Source: Candidatus Latescibacterota bacterium | GTDB taxonomy: Bacteria; Latescibacterota; UBA2968; GCA-2709665 | Reading direction: 5' to 3' | Length of the DNA stretch: 64,000 bases | Assembly: GCA_965116875.1 (NCBI GenBank) | Contig: OZ220733.1 | Coordinates: forward strand, 1,344,001-1,408,000 | In this document: positions 51,001 through 61,626 of the stretch, piece by piece | How positions within the stretch are numbered: position 1 is the first letter of the stretch | Layout of the letters: each line of letters begins with the position of its first letter | The notes under the pieces: generated by a model | Told to the model about the DNA's origin: nothing | Databases searched by the model: none | The model's input: the letters and a program-made list of their open reading frames with translations, nothing else | Translations under genes and position numbers: made by a program

Positions 51001-51286
51001 TGACCTCACCCTCCAGTTCCGAGATTTCATCCAGCAGCGAAGAGCGGTCCATTTCCTCCTCGCTCTTCAACTCCTCCCGCATCCCGTCGAGCTGTTCCGT
51101 GTACTCCGCCGTCGCGTCCCTCAACCTCTGCCTGAATTCGGCCGTCTTGCCGCGAAGGTCCGCTTCGGAAAGCGGAGCAAGAGACGCGCATAGCCCGTTT
51201 ATTCCCTCGACCGTCGGCCAGAGTTTCTTCAGGTCCCGATCGTATTTGGTCCCGAATACTTTCTTGATCACACCCATCATAAGCAT
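48050..51286 (-). CDS. secA: Preprotein translocase subunit SecA
   Basis: [78 protein letters not shown]; start 51286, 51280 or 51277. Confidence 0.97.
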   Translation of the reverse strand: MLMMGVIKKVFGTKYDRDLKKLWPTVEGINGLCASLAPLSEADLRGKTAEFRQRLRDATAEYTEQLDGMREELKSEEEMDRSSLLDEISELEGEVREIEAEALEEILPEAYAVYKETCRRFKAEGKQWERAGESIVWDMVPYDVQLLGGIVLHQGKIAEMATGEGKTLVAGMPLYLNGLTGRGVHLVTVNSYLAKRDAMWLGPVYLFLGMSVGIIQDRSMEAEAYRMEEDGEGGYRLRECDHHEAYRADVVYGTKDQFGFDYLYDNMAVRPDDLMQREHYFAIIDEADSILIDEARTPLIISGAVAEADNQRYDEMRPLVERLVRAQTRVVTGTLNEAEELLDEDEYEAGIRLLQVQRGMPKNRRFMKLLQEEGTKRLIGRVEADYLRDKRMGEIDEDLYFSVDEKSHVIDLTDKGRVEISRMPDDFVLQDLDEVLHEIDADDALAPDEKARAQDDAYQDYARKSEAIHSVQQLLVAYTLYEKDVRYIVDGGQVIIVDEFTGRPQPGRRFADGLHQALEAKERVKVERDTQTIATITLQNYFRLYHKLAGMTGTAETEAAELFQIYKLDVVVMPTNEPVRRIDSEDLIFRTKREKYNAIVDEIERLNDSSLPVLVGTISVEMSELLSRMLKRKGIKHSVLNARHNQQEAQIVARAGQPGAVTIATNMAGRGTDIKLGDGVVKAPPDHQCALIPGANGGRPQCPHLEEYHCMEEVPCGLHIIGTERHEARRIDRQLRGRAGRQGDPGNSRFFISLEDDLMRLFGSERIARIMDRLGAEEGEVIEHRMVTRSIERAQKRVEARNFEVRKHLLEYDDVMNQQREVVYDRRRHALEQHNIYEQIEEEMEEVVNATFQSHLPEEGTQEDWNLDGLYRDLRQIFLQVPEVPPESLPELKEDGFRDELFDGIRSAYRRRESLIGAGRMREIERMVYLGVTDEKWKDHLREMDDLKEGIGLRGYGQKDPLIEYKREGFQMFVDLLDEINRETLKTLFRIPVEEDLSSQRGRQPQRVSLTHQDATGMGFATGAGASPTSEPVAATSEGGPPRQRPIRVQKVGRNDPCPCGSGKKYKKCHGLAGRVPA

Positions 51287-51311
51287 ATATCCACCGGTAA
51301 TCGCCGAAACG

Positions 51312-51743
51312 TTAACAGTCCGCGGCTTCCGCCAGCATTCCCTTCTGTCTGGCCAGCGCATCCAGGATTCCGTTGATGAATGTCGGCGCCTTCTCCACGC
51401 TGTACCGCCTGGCGAGTTCAATCGCTTCGTTCATCGATACCTTGACCGGAATATTGTCGAATGCGAGCATTTCCGTAAGCGCCATCCACAACAGGATCCG
51501 GTCGATCCTGGAGATGCGTTCCAGCGCCCAATTCCTCGAAATCCCTTTTACCAGACCATCCAGTTCTTCTTTTCGCGCCCAGGTCTCCCGACCGAGCGCG
51601 TGGGCGAATTCCGCGGCGTCATCCGTCAACCCCGAGCGAATCGCCACGGCATGGAGCGTCTGCTGTACGGGGTCTCCCGAACTTTCGCTCCAATACAGCG
51701 CCTGCAGCGCAACTTCGCGGGCTTTTCGTCGCGAACCCGTCAT
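51312..51743 (-). CDS. nusB: Transcription antitermination factor NusB
   Basis: [28 protein letters not shown]. Confidence 0.94.
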   Translation of the reverse strand: MTGSRRKAREVALQALYWSESSGDPVQQTLHAVAIRSGLTDDAAEFAHALGRETWARKEELDGLVKGISRNWALERISRIDRILLWMALTEMLAFDNIPVKVSMNEAIELARRYSVEKAPTFINGILDALARQKGMLAEAADC

Positions 51744-52219
51744 GCCTCTTCCGCGTCCAGGGATGCCACAAGATTCACCATCTCGACAGCGGCAAGGGCG
51801 ACCTCCCATCCTTTGTTTCCGGCCTTGGCTCCCGCCCTTTCGATCGCCTGTTCGATTGTATCGGTTGTCAATACGCCGAACAGGCACGGCACACCCGAGT
51901 CAAGTCCGACCGATGCAATCCCCTTGGAGACTTCGTTGGCCACATAGTCAAAATGGGGCGTACTTCCGCGAATCACCGCGCCCAGGCAGATCACCGCGTC
52001 GTAACGGCCGCTGCGCGCCATTTTCCCGGCCACCAGCGGAATCTCGAACGAACCCGGTACCCAGGCCACGTCGACGTCCTCCGGTTCGCCTCCATGTCGT
52101 TTCAGGCAATCCTCGGCGCCATCAAGCAACTGCTTGCTGACTGAACTGTTGAATCGACTTACCACAATACCGAAGCGTTTGCCTTCCGCGCGCAATCCGC
52201 CTTCAATCACTCTGGCCAT
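51740..52219 (-). CDS. ribH: 6,7-dimethyl-8-ribityllumazine synthase
   Basis: [34 protein letters not shown]. Confidence 0.96.
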   Translation of the reverse strand: MARVIEGGLRAEGKRFGIVVSRFNSSVSKQLLDGAEDCLKRHGGEPEDVDVAWVPGSFEIPLVAGKMARSGRYDAVICLGAVIRGSTPHFDYVANEVSKGIASVGLDSGVPCLFGVLTTDTIEQAIERAGAKAGNKGWEVALAAVEMVNLVASLDAEEA

Positions 52220-53477
52220 ACGTTTCCTCCGGGGAGCCATCCACCAGCTTCAGATCTTCCTCGTCGAAAATATGTCCCAACTTCTCCTGTTTGGTACGCA
52301 GATACCGGATGTTCCACGGCGTCGGTACAATCTTGACTGGAACCCGCTCCACAATTTCGATTCCGTACGCCTCAAGCCCCACGCGCTTTGCGGGGTTGTT
52401 GGTGATCAGACGGGCCTTTCTGACGCCGAGGTCCAACAGGATCTGCGCGCCGATACCGTAATCGCGCTCGTCCATCTTGAATCCGAGCTTCAGATTCGCT
52501 TCCACCGTATCGTAGCCTTCTTCCTGAAGCTGGTAGGCGTTGATCTTTGCGCGCAAGCCGATGCCGCGGCCCTCCTGCCGCATGTAGACAACCGCGCCGC
52601 GCCCCTCCCGCTCGATCATCTCGATCGCCGAATGCAGATTCGTGCTGCAGTCGCACCTCAGCGACCCGAATGCATCGCCGGTGAGACATTCGGAGTGCAT
52701 CCGCACCAACACCGGATCGCCGGCCGTGAGGTCTCCCTTGGTCAGCGCCACGTGATCCCGCCTGTCGACTTCGCTCTCGTAGAGATGAAGCTTGAACTCC
52801 CCGAACCGGGTGGGGAGGCGCACCGTCTCCAGACACTCGACCAGCTTTTCCGAACGGCGCCGGTACGCAATCAGATCGCGGATCGTTATGATCCTCAGAC
52901 TGAACTGCCGCGCCATTTCCATGAGTTGCGGCAGCCGCGCCATCGTCCCGTCGGGATTCAATATCTCGCAAAGGACACCTGCCGGATAGAGGCCCGCGAG
53001 CCGCGCGAGATCCACTGTCGCCTCCGTGTGCCCGGCCCGACGCAACACACCTCCCGGACGGGCGGATAGAGGAAAGACGTGGCCGGGCCTGGCAAAATCG
53101 GGGGGACGGGCGTCCGGATCCGCAAATCGCTGAATTGTAACCGCACGGTCCTGCGCCGAGATTCCTGTTGTTGTGCCCTCAACCGCGTCGATGCTGACCG
53201 TGAACGGCGTTCCATGCAACGCGGTGTTCCTGCCCACCATCATGTCCAGCTCCAACTCCTGCAACCGCTCCGGCGTTGCCGGCAGGCAGACCAGCCCGCG
53301 CCCGTGAAGGGCCATGAAATTGATGATCTCAGGCGTGACTTTCTCGGCCGCCGTGATCAGATCCCCCTCGTTCTCCCTGTCCTCATCGTCCACGACAATC
53401 ACAAGCCTGCCGGCCCGGATGTCGTCCAGCGCTTCCTCGATGGACGCAATACGGAATCCGTCGTCGGCTTCAGACAT
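52203..53477 (-). CDS. ribBA: Bifunctional DHBP synthase / GTP cyclohydrolase II
   Basis: [46 protein letters not shown]. Confidence 0.96.
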   Translation of the reverse strand: MSEADDGFRIASIEEALDDIRAGRLVIVVDDEDRENEGDLITAAEKVTPEIINFMALHGRGLVCLPATPERLQELELDMMVGRNTALHGTPFTVSIDAVEGTTTGISAQDRAVTIQRFADPDARPPDFARPGHVFPLSARPGGVLRRAGHTEATVDLARLAGLYPAGVLCEILNPDGTMARLPQLMEMARQFSLRIITIRDLIAYRRRSEKLVECLETVRLPTRFGEFKLHLYESEVDRRDHVALTKGDLTAGDPVLVRMHSECLTGDAFGSLRCDCSTNLHSAIEMIEREGRGAVVYMRQEGRGIGLRAKINAYQLQEEGYDTVEANLKLGFKMDERDYGIGAQILLDLGVRKARLITNNPAKRVGLEAYGIEIVERVPVKIVPTPWNIRYLRTKQEKLGHIFDEEDLKLVDGSPEETYGQSD

Positions 53478-53537
53478 GAAATACCGCTCCCGGGTAAATT
53501 AGGGTTTGAGATGTACAGATCCCGGCTGCCGCGATCC

Positions 53538-54194
53538 TCACGAATCCCCTTCTCTTTCACTTCCAATCCCGACGTTCCGCGACGTTGCCGGATCTCCGTT
53601 TTCCGCGCGGCGGCCCGTCAGCCTTTCCAGGTACCGCGCCACCAGATCGACCTCCAGATTGACCACGTCGCCGACCCGCCGTTCTCCAATCGTCGTGGCT
53701 TCCATCGTATGCGGAATGACCGTTACCGTAAAGTGTCTTGCGCCCGCAGCCACAATCGTAAGGCTGATCCCGTCCACCGCGATCGATCCCTTGTTGGCCA
53801 GATACGCGGCGAGATCTTCCGGCATCCCTATCCGGAACGTCATGTTGTCAGCCCATCGCCTGCGTTCCATCACCGTGCCCATCCCATCCACGTGACCGGC
53901 CACCAGATGGCCGCCCAGCCGGTCGGACAGCTTCAGCGAACGTTCCAGATTCACCCTGTCTCCAGTTTTCAGCCTCCCAAGGGTGGTTCGTTCAAGGGTC
54001 TCCGAGACGGACTCGAAGGAGAACGCATGACGCTTCGCTTCGACAACGGTATGGCAAGCGCCGTCGATCGATATGCTGTCGCCAATTGAGACATCCTCCA
54101 GCACGCGCTTTGCTTCAACCGTCGTTCGCTGATACCCTGTCCGCCTCTGAATCGCGCGCACCAGCCCCACTTCCTCGACAATCCCCGTAAACAT
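53538..54194 (-). CDS. ribE: Riboflavin synthase alpha chain
   Basis: MFTGIVEEVG, VNLERS..RLGGHLVAGHVDG, KGSIAVDGISLT. Confidence 0.95.
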   Translation of the reverse strand: MFTGIVEEVGLVRAIQRRTGYQRTTVEAKRVLEDVSIGDSISIDGACHTVVEAKRHAFSFESVSETLERTTLGRLKTGDRVNLERSLKLSDRLGGHLVAGHVDGMGTVMERRRWADNMTFRIGMPEDLAAYLANKGSIAVDGISLTIVAAGARHFTVTVIPHTMEATTIGERRVGDVVNLEVDLVARYLERLTGRRAENGDPATSRNVGIGSEREGDS

Positions 54195-55275
54195 CAAGAC
54201 CGTCCTTCATCCGTGCCGTGTAGAACAAGTCGGGGCCGGTCCAGTCCACGTCGGCCTGGCTCAGAAGAATCGCATCGGCCATTCTGGTTATTCCGAGGTC
54301 GCCAATCGAGGCAATCCCGTTTCCCAGAATCACCGGCGCGATAAACACCGCCAGCCGGTCGACCAACCGCTCGCGCATCGCGGAAGCAGCCACCGCACCC
54401 CCGCCTTCGATCAACACATGGGTAAACCCTTCGGCGCCCGCCCGGGCAAGCACCTCCCGGAGCATGGGCCTTCCATCTTCAGGCGGACAGACCCACACGC
54501 GCGCGCCGCGCGCCTCCATCGCTTCGACTCTTTTTCTTGAAACGCCTTGCGCCGCGGCGAGAATCAACACCGCCCCGTCGAATACCCTTGCGTCCCTTGA
54601 AATCTCAAGGCGACTGTCCAGCACGATTTTGGCCGGGTCGGGACCGTCCAGATGCCGAACCGTGAGTGCGGGATCGTCCGCGTCCACAGTCCCCCGTCCA
54701 ACCATAACCGCAGAAGCTTCAGCACGCAGCCGGTGCGCCTTGCTTCTGGATGCGCGCGAGGAAATCCATCTCGACTCGCCCGAAGCCGTCGCGATGCGAC
54801 CATCGAGGGTCTGCGCCAGCTTCAGGGTGACAAATGGAAGGCCCGTTGTGCGGTGCTTTACGAAAACTTCGTTCAGTCGACGCGCCTCTTCCTCGAGTAC
54901 GCCAACCTCCACCTGCACACCTGCCTCCCGCAACCGTTGGATGCCTCTACCGGAAACCCGTCTGTCCGGGTCCATCATACCGCATACGACCCGGGCAACT
55001 CCTTTTTTAATCAATAAATCCACACACGGCGGCGTACGGCCGGTGTGGGCGCACGGTTCGAGGGTCACGTACAACGTTACGCCGGGGGTTCCGTCGGCCA
55101 TTCCTTCAAGCGCGTAAACCTCCGCGTGCGGCATTCCGGATTCAGGGTAGTATCCCTTTCCGATCACCTGCCCTTCCCGAACCGCCACCGCACCCACCAG
55201 CGCACCGTCCCGTACCCGACCGCGTCCTTTCTCGGCCAGCGACAACGCCAGCCGCATATAGTCCACATCCGTCAT
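54115..55275 (-). CDS. ribD: Riboflavin biosynthesis deaminase/reductase
   Basis: HAEV, TLEPCAHTGRTPPC, AQTLDGRIA, IEGGG. Confidence 0.94.
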   Translation of the reverse strand: MTDVDYMRLALSLAEKGRGRVRDGALVGAVAVREGQVIGKGYYPESGMPHAEVYALEGMADGTPGVTLYVTLEPCAHTGRTPPCVDLLIKKGVARVVCGMMDPDRRVSGRGIQRLREAGVQVEVGVLEEEARRLNEVFVKHRTTGLPFVTLKLAQTLDGRIATASGESRWISSRASRSKAHRLRAEASAVMVGRGTVDADDPALTVRHLDGPDPAKIVLDSRLEISRDARVFDGAVLILAAAQGVSRKRVEAMEARGARVWVCPPEDGRPMLREVLARAGAEGFTHVLIEGGGAVAASAMRERLVDRLAVFIAPVILGNGIASIGDLGITRMADAILLSQADVDWTGPDLFYTARMKDGLDVYGDCRGSGAGARDSEADRVSANDG

Positions 55276-55324
55276 AAACCACCCTGTGTCGCCGGGAAGA
55301 TGAATGGCCAGGCGTGGACGAGAC

Positions 55325-57397
55325 TTACTTGAGGTTGACCGTCGCCGTGCCTACCCCCACGTTGCCCAGCGCATCGGACGCACGGACGACGACCGTATAT
55401 TCTCCCGCCGCCAGATCCTGAATTTCGAAACGCAACGATTCCGTTCTGGAGTCGAAAATACGATCGACAGGAAAGACCACCCTCCACTCTCCTGAATTCA
55501 CCGCATAGGCCGCCTTCCAGAGCGGGCTCGCGGCGTCGTTCAGCGATCCCTCAACCTGTACCCCGCCCGCAATCTGCCGTATTTGCAGCGCGACGGCGGG
55601 TGGTGTGTGGTCAAGATCGAATGGCTGGCTGACCATCTCGCCTGCCAGCGCGATTTCCTTCGGATTGGTCAATCTGTCCGACGCCACCACCCGGACAAGC
55701 ATCGTACCCTCGGGCGCGGACTCCGTATGCCAATCGTAGGAATTCGAACGGAGGTTTTCTTCGAGGAGTTTCCATCTTTTCTCGGACAGACCCCGGTAGT
55801 ACAATGCATACACCAGCCCGTCGTTATTCGCGTCTTCGGCTTTCCATGAGATCCGCCAGACGCCTCTCGGGTTTCCCTGCGCCTTTCGGCCCTTTCCGGA
55901 GTCCTTCGGCGCAGCGCCGTTGCCCTGCGCCTCGACGGGCGTGACGACGAGCGCGAGGACCCGCGGGCCCAGATTTTCCTGGAGTCCCACCAGACTCACT
56001 TCGCGAATCGTCTGTGTGGTCGTACCCGCCACGGATCTCAACTCGGCCCGATACTGAAGGAATCGCGCCGGCGGACTGGAAATCTGTCCTCCCTGAGACA
56101 CTGAAGACCATTCACTCCAGGTGTTGTCCGGTTTCTCGCTGTTTCCCGAACGGGTCTGGAATTGAACGGACGCGCCCGGGGCAGGTTGGGCATTCCACCT
56201 GATTCTACCCCAACTGGAAACGAGGCGGAAATCTGTCACCCTGGATTCCAGCCTGCCTTTGCGCGCGTACGCCTTGCCCAACCGATACACTTTTCCGGAT
56301 CCCGCGGTTCCCAGCCAGAAGTCTCCGGAGCTCGATCTGCAGAACGCCCATGGTTGCAGGTCTTTCAGACGGGTCAGCAGCGTCGACCGGCCGGACAGAT
56401 CCACGCGATAGATGCTCCCCTCGTCTCCAGTCAGCACCGTAATCTCCCGATCGTCCGCATGCAATGCCAGAAGCATCGGCTCGTTCACCGCCCATAGACG
56501 AACCGCCGCACCCGAAGGGCGTACCGCATACAGCACGGACGCCTGCCGGGAGGAAGCGGATCCCTGGCCCTTGGCGGATTGTTGAGATGCACCTTTTCCG
56601 CCTCCCTTGGATTGTTTGGACATTGCACCCGCGAACAGGATACCGTCCGGTCCCATCGCCAGGGCGTGGATTTCATCTTCCGCGGCGTCGTACAGTACTT
56701 CGACTTCTCCCGTTGCGTTGACACGGTAGACCAGTCCGCTCTGGTCCGTGCCGGCATACACCCTGCCGTCAGCGTCCCGGATCAGCGACACCACGTTGTG
56801 GTCTTCGCTCTGATACACCTCGGCGACCTCTCCGTCCGCGGAGACGCGCAGGATTCGTCCGTTTCTGCCGCCGGTAGCCGCGTACAGGCCTCCCTTTCCA
56901 TCCACAACCATCGCCCAGACGTGTTCGTCTCCGGTTCGACAAAACGTTTCGGGTTCTTTACCCTGAACGATCCGGTATACAATACCGTCCGGGGAGGAGC
57001 CGGCATAGAGTGTCCCGTCCGTTCCCACGGCGAGACTGAAAATGGCCACTTCGGGAGAATCGAAGAGGAGCGTCGGCTCTCCCGCGCCATCCAGGGCAAA
57101 AACCTTCCCGCCGTTGCCCGTAGCAATATACAATCGACCGCCTCGCCCCTCAGCGAGCGCCCAGACGAATTCCTCTCCCGTATTCGCCACGGCCTGCAAC
57201 TCGGGCGCCAGCAACACGGCGCCGTCTCTGGTGATTGAGACACCGTCGGCCTCGCCTCTAGCGAAGGCCTTCTGCGTGTGGTCGCGCCATACGACAGGCT
57301 CAACGCCGTCCGCTGGAATCGGAAGGCAGTTGAGCAGAAAGCAAAGGCCCATCAGCAAGACACGACAGACGGCATGCCGGTTTTCTCGATTCAACAC
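55325..57397 (-). CDS. Secreted beta-propeller protein with C-terminal Ig-like domains
   Basis: Signal peptide; repeated (L)A..DG.LYAGT/S..G.VYR blades; TRSGNSEKPDNTWSEWS; ASDALGN. Confidence 0.8.
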   Translation of the reverse strand: MLNRENRHAVCRVLLMGLCFLLNCLPIPADGVEPVVWRDHTQKAFARGEADGVSITRDGAVLLAPELQAVANTGEEFVWALAEGRGGRLYIATGNGGKVFALDGAGEPTLLFDSPEVAIFSLAVGTDGTLYAGSSPDGIVYRIVQGKEPETFCRTGDEHVWAMVVDGKGGLYAATGGRNGRILRVSADGEVAEVYQSEDHNVVSLIRDADGRVYAGTDQSGLVYRVNATGEVEVLYDAAEDEIHALAMGPDGILFAGAMSKQSKGGGKGASQQSAKGQGSASSRQASVLYAVRPSGAAVRLWAVNEPMLLALHADDREITVLTGDEGSIYRVDLSGRSTLLTRLKDLQPWAFCRSSSGDFWLGTAGSGKVYRLGKAYARKGRLESRVTDFRLVSSWGRIRWNAQPAPGASVQFQTRSGNSEKPDNTWSEWSSVSQGGQISSPPARFLQYRAELRSVAGTTTQTIREVSLVGLQENLGPRVLALVVTPVEAQGNGAAPKDSGKGRKAQGNPRGVWRISWKAEDANNDGLVYALYYRGLSEKRWKLLEENLRSNSYDWHTESAPEGTMLVRVVASDRLTNPKEIALAGEMVSQPFDLDHTPPAVALQIRQIAGGVQVEGSLNDAASPLWKAAYAVNSGEWRVVFPVDRIFDSRTESLRFEIQDLAAGEYTVVVRASDALGNVGVGTATVNLK

Positions 57398-57486
57398 CCC
57401 GATCTCCTATCAGTCCGGAACGTCCGCCGTTTCCACGACGTGTTCCCATGGCCCGAGAGGCCGAAGACGGCGTTGCCGGTGGCGAC

Positions 57487-59295
57487 TTATTTCCCTTTTC
57501 CGCTTGCGCTCCCACCCTCGGCGAAAATAACGCCGTTCCGTTTCCGGTTTACATTCAGTACAACGATCTGACTTCCCGACAGCACAAAGTCCGTGGGAAT
57601 ACGCGCCCTCTGCACGACTGTCTGCCGAACCTGTTTTACCGCATCCGACGAGCGTGAATACCGAAGCGCCGAAAGCACCGACGACGGCAGTCTTGACACC
57701 TCCCGTCCCTCAATCGTCACGCCCTGGGCGCCGGACAGCAGTTCAACAACCATTTCGTTGTTCCGGCCGGAGCGCCCCAACAGGCGAATGAGATGATCCA
57801 GATCTCTGGCGTTGTATTCGCCGGGCGCCCGCTTGGCCTCCTGTTTCACGTGGTCGGATGCGCTGGATACCCTGAGAATCAGCCGGCCGCCCGGCGTTTG
57901 ATTTGGTATGACCATGGCTTCTTCCACCTGCCGCAGTCCCCCCCGGTAGGTCCGTAATGAAACCGTGACGCGCACCGTATCGCCCGGCTGGAACGATGTC
58001 TTCTGCAAACCGACGGACTTGATGTGGGCGGTGTGCGCCCGCTCGGCTTCCACGTCCAGGTCGAAGGTGACCTTCTCGATCCTGATCGGCTGGAACGGAT
58101 TCCGGATCAGGCTCGCAAACGGCGTGGTGACACCCAGTACCGCACTACCCAGCCCAAGCGCGCCGGCATAGACGTTTTCCGCCTCCACCGATGGACGTCC
58201 GTTCAGGTCGATTCTCACACGGGACTTCACCGTTACCTCTCCCGTCAGTTTCTCGGACGAGACCATCGCGTTGAAAACCGCGATCCGCAGGAGCGTGGGG
58301 CTGAGGTCGCGGTCTCGCAGGACCTCCATACCGAAGTGCGCCTCCTTCCCCGGAGAACGCAAGTTGATCCGCACCGGAATCATGTCAACGTCCATACCGA
58401 TCGTGCCGGCAATGCCGGGGGCACGGTCCTGAACGATGGCGCCCACGGTCTGCCCGGCGACACCCAGCTTGAACGACGCAAATTGACTTGGCAGGACTTC
58501 GTGAATGTAGGCTCCCGTCATCGGCAGCACGGTAGCACCGCCAAAAATCATGGAATGCCCGAACCCGACCACCCGATCCCCATCGCGATGGGTCAGCGTT
58601 CCGATACCCGTAACGCTGAGGTCGCCGCGGACCAGTTGCACGCCAAGCGCGGCGCCCGGTTCGAACGCGCCGACAGGCAGGCCCGGGGCCTCGCCACCAC
58701 CGCCCTGGACCGGCGTCCATCCTGTATTGGAAAACGCCTGTCGGAAATCAGCGACCGCCTGCGGCGCAAAACCGGAAATCACGATCGGCAGGCTGATCGG
58801 CGTCAGCTCAGCCGCATCCATCCCCGTGAGATCGATCAGACGGCGTGCGCCGGTTTGCGTCAGACGGACCGCCGAACCGACCCCTTCCGGCGCCGACGGC
58901 CGGTTGAAGAGATCAACCATTGCCGCAATTGGCGTAATCCCGGCGATGGGTTCCTTGGCAAAAGCGCCAATGCGATACGATACGGCGCCGATCAGCTTGC
59001 CATCGACATAGACCGGACTTCCGCTCATCCCCGAAATCACGCCAGTGCTGGACAGGGGACCTCCGGACAGCCTGGCCAGAATCAGGTCGCTCCCCGGACC
59101 GATCGCGTTGTGCAGTACACCCAGGATTTCGACGTGAAACGTATCGATTCGCGTACCCTGGAAGACCGTCCTGCCGATGCCCCGCATCCCTCTCCGGACT
59201 TCCTCGACAGGCATTGTCTCCACGGTTGCCCGGGCATTGCCGGCAACAGCGCAGCACAACAAAGTGGTCAGTGAGATTTCCAGCAGACGAATCAC
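57487..59295 (-). CDS. SpoIVB-type peptidase S55-domain protein
   Basis: Signal peptide; GRTVFQG, GVISGMSGSPVYVDGKLIGAV, GTLT..GFGH. Confidence 0.88.
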   Translation of the reverse strand: MIRLLEISLTTLLCCAVAGNARATVETMPVEEVRRGMRGIGRTVFQGTRIDTFHVEILGVLHNAIGPGSDLILARLSGGPLSSTGVISGMSGSPVYVDGKLIGAVSYRIGAFAKEPIAGITPIAAMVDLFNRPSAPEGVGSAVRLTQTGARRLIDLTGMDAAELTPISLPIVISGFAPQAVADFRQAFSNTGWTPVQGGGGEAPGLPVGAFEPGAALGVQLVRGDLSVTGIGTLTHRDGDRVVGFGHSMIFGGATVLPMTGAYIHEVLPSQFASFKLGVAGQTVGAIVQDRAPGIAGTIGMDVDMIPVRINLRSPGKEAHFGMEVLRDRDLSPTLLRIAVFNAMVSSEKLTGEVTVKSRVRIDLNGRPSVEAENVYAGALGLGSAVLGVTTPFASLIRNPFQPIRIEKVTFDLDVEAERAHTAHIKSVGLQKTSFQPGDTVRVTVSLRTYRGGLRQVEEAMVIPNQTPGGRLILRVSSASDHVKQEAKRAPGEYNARDLDHLIRLLGRSGRNNEMVVELLSGAQGVTIEGREVSRLPSSVLSALRYSRSSDAVKQVRQTVVQRARIPTDFVLSGSQIVVLNVNRKRNGVIFAEGGSASGKGK

Positions 59296-59335
59296 AACGC
59301 TGGCCCTTTCTCGTCAATCGGCACGGGAGCCACGA

Positions 59336-59364
59336 AATCTACTGCGCGACCTCGGAAAAGTCAA
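59336..59364 (-). promoter_or_regulatory. Sigma70-type promoter of the S55-rib-secA operon
   Basis: TTGACT-N17-TAGATT, about 40 nt upstream of the S55 start. Confidence 0.6.
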
Positions 59365-59490
59365 GCTCTGCAACGTTCTAAGTACTTGCAAATCAACATC
59401 AGACCTTGTTTCATTTACCCAACGTATTATACCCGTTTTCGCAGGTTGGAACAAGCCCCTTGTGCAAATCCGATCTTGTCCTTATCATAA

Positions 59491-59650
59491 CAGCCCGTTG
59501 AAAAAGCCCATCCGGGCTGCGGCCGGCCCTTGCGGTCGAAAACCTGCGTTGCGCTTCCTCGCCGAATCGCAGGATGGGACTCGGTCGCGCGCCTTGTCTT
59601 CGACCACAATCACTCGGCCTCGCCTGCAGAGCGACTTTATCAACGGACTG
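59491..59650 (+). mobile_element. MITE family B, copy 2 (160 bp)
   Basis: Same TIRs as 33841-34000; 4-bp direct repeat ATAA on both sides. Confidence 0.9.
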
Positions 59651-59658
59651 ATAACCCA

Positions 59659-59830
59659 ATGCAAATCACGCGGCCGGCGGTTGGCAAATGCCGAAAGCCG
59701 TACCTGAGGGAAGGGGTGGCGGACTACATCGGTCGCATCCGGAGATACGCCAGACTGGAGCATATCGAAGTCAGAGAGGAACCCGCGCCACGCAACACCC
59801 GGGCCGCCTTTGAAAGCGCCCTTGTCCGGC
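59659..59830 (+). pseudogene. rlmH: N-terminal remnant of 23S rRNA pseudouridine-1915 methyltransferase RlmH
   Basis: MQITRPAVGKCRKPYLREGVADYIGRIRRYARLEHIEVREE resembles the RlmH N-terminus; no SPOUT C-terminal motifs follow in this frame; end approximate. Confidence 0.65.
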
Positions 59831-60269
59831 GGCCCGGCGGAAGAAAAAGCCCGGAAAACAGGTTCACGCGACAGCCGTGGAGAGATGATTCCGCCACTGG
59901 AATCCGGCTGCCGGGCACGTCTCCTGTTTCCGGGCTTTTAAAATGCGGACCGAAATGTCAGGATATACAGTTTCGGGGGAACGGAGGATATCCGAATCCG
60001 GCGGCCCCGGAGAACGGCCGGAGGGGTATCGGCCACGGGGTTCCGGAAGAAGGGATGTCTCAATCGCATGTGTGTTGAGAGCAATTGAAAGATAAGCCAA
60101 TGTTTTTTTTTAGTCAAGGGGAAGTTTGCTCTAATATACTGTTTTACATTATCTTGTGGTCCATCGTTCAGGTTATACCTTATATAGATTTGCGTGATGC
60201 GACCCATCGGAAACGACGTCTCCTGCCATCCGCCGCGCGCCGTTTTGCCATCTCCGACGGTATCGACCC

Positions 60270-61622
60270 ATGCCGCATACCCTTACCATAACGCAGGCGG
60301 CGGAACAGATCCGGTCCGGCCGTCTCTCTCCCGTGGAACTTCTGCACGCCTGTTTTTCGCAGATCGAAGCCCTCGACGGCGGCCTTCACGCCTGGGTTCA
60401 CGTAGACAGGGAAGGCGCCGAGCGATCCGCTCGGAGTCTCCAGGAGGAACTCGCCCGCGGACGGTACCGCGGCCCCCTGCACGGAATCCCGGTGGGGATA
60501 AAGGACATCATCGACGTGAAGGGCCTGCCCACCGCCGCCGGAGCAAGAATTCTCTACAGCCGGATGCCGGATGAAGATGCAGCGGTGGTCGCGCGGCTTC
60601 GGAGGTCCGGAGCGGTCATCCCCGGCAAAACGGTTACAACACCGTTTGCGTGTTTCGATCCGGCGGAAACCAGGAACCCCTGGAACCCCGACCATACGCC
60701 CGGCGGCTCCAGCAGCGGTTCGGCGGCCGCCGTCGCGGCGCGGATGTGTCCCGCGGCCCTGGGATCCCAGACAGGCGGGTCCATCAGCAGGCCCGCGGCG
60801 TATTGCGGCCTGGTGGGTCTCAAACCCACGTTCGGCCGGATCAGCCTGCGCGGGATCCTGCCCGTCAGCTACGAACTGGATCATCCGGGTCCGTTCACCC
60901 GTTCAGTCGCCGATGCAGCCGTCATTCTCCGGTGCCTGGCGGGTCACGACCCGCTGGACCCGCTAAGCGCGGACGTTCCTGAAGATACCTACCGGATCGA
61001 ACCGCCGGCACATGCCCCCCGCGTCGGCGTCATTCGCACGTACTTTCCTGACAACGCCGACGAAACCATGCGTGAGGCAACCGACGACGCCATCGAGCGC
61101 CTTGGCTCAGCGGGCGCTGAATTCACCGATGTGCGCCTGCCCGGATCCTTTGCGGAACTTCACGAAAATCACGCGTTGCTGCTCGCCGTCGGTGCGGCAA
61201 ACGTCCACGGGGAACGATATAGCGCCCGCCGTGACGCCTTCCCTCCGGGCCTTCGCGAAATCCTGAAAAGGGGGCTTGCCGCAAGCGCGGTCGACTACGC
61301 CAGGGCGCGACGCCACCAGATTGCGTTCAAGGCGGAGGTCCTGGCCGCATTCGAGGGTGTGGATCTGCTCCTCACCCCTGCGACGCCAACTCCGGCGCCT
61401 TCGGGTCTGACCTCCACCGGCAATCCCGCCTTCAACAGCCCCTGGAGCTACGCCGGCCTTCCCACGTCCGTCCTGCCGGCCGCCAGTAGCGTCGACGGAC
61501 TGCCCGCCGGCATCCAGCTCGTTGCTCGCCCTTTCGCCGAAAACCAGCTGCTCTCCATCTCCGCATGGTGCGAATCCCGTCTTGAGTGGGACCGCATCCC
61601 GTCGATCCTTTCCGGCGGTTAG
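60270..61622 (+). CDS. Amidase signature-family protein
   Basis: GPLHGIPVGIKD, TPGGSSSGSAAAVAA, GSQTGGSISRPAAYCG. Confidence 0.93.
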   Translation: MPHTLTITQAAEQIRSGRLSPVELLHACFSQIEALDGGLHAWVHVDREGAERSARSLQEELARGRYRGPLHGIPVGIKDIIDVKGLPTAAGARILYSRMPDEDAAVVARLRRSGAVIPGKTVTTPFACFDPAETRNPWNPDHTPGGSSSGSAAAVAARMCPAALGSQTGGSISRPAAYCGLVGLKPTFGRISLRGILPVSYELDHPGPFTRSVADAAVILRCLAGHDPLDPLSADVPEDTYRIEPPAHAPRVGVIRTYFPDNADETMREATDDAIERLGSAGAEFTDVRLPGSFAELHENHALLLAVGAANVHGERYSARRDAFPPGLREILKRGLAASAVDYARARRHQIAFKAEVLAAFEGVDLLLTPATPTPAPSGLTSTGNPAFNSPWSYAGLPTSVLPAASSVDGLPAGIQLVARPFAENQLLSISAWCESRLEWDRIPSILSGG

Positions 61623-61626
61623 AGCC

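Noticed and set aside
55276-55324. FMN riboswitch upstream of ribD
   Set aside because: Only about 50 nt separate ribD from the upstream gene and no RFN consensus is visible
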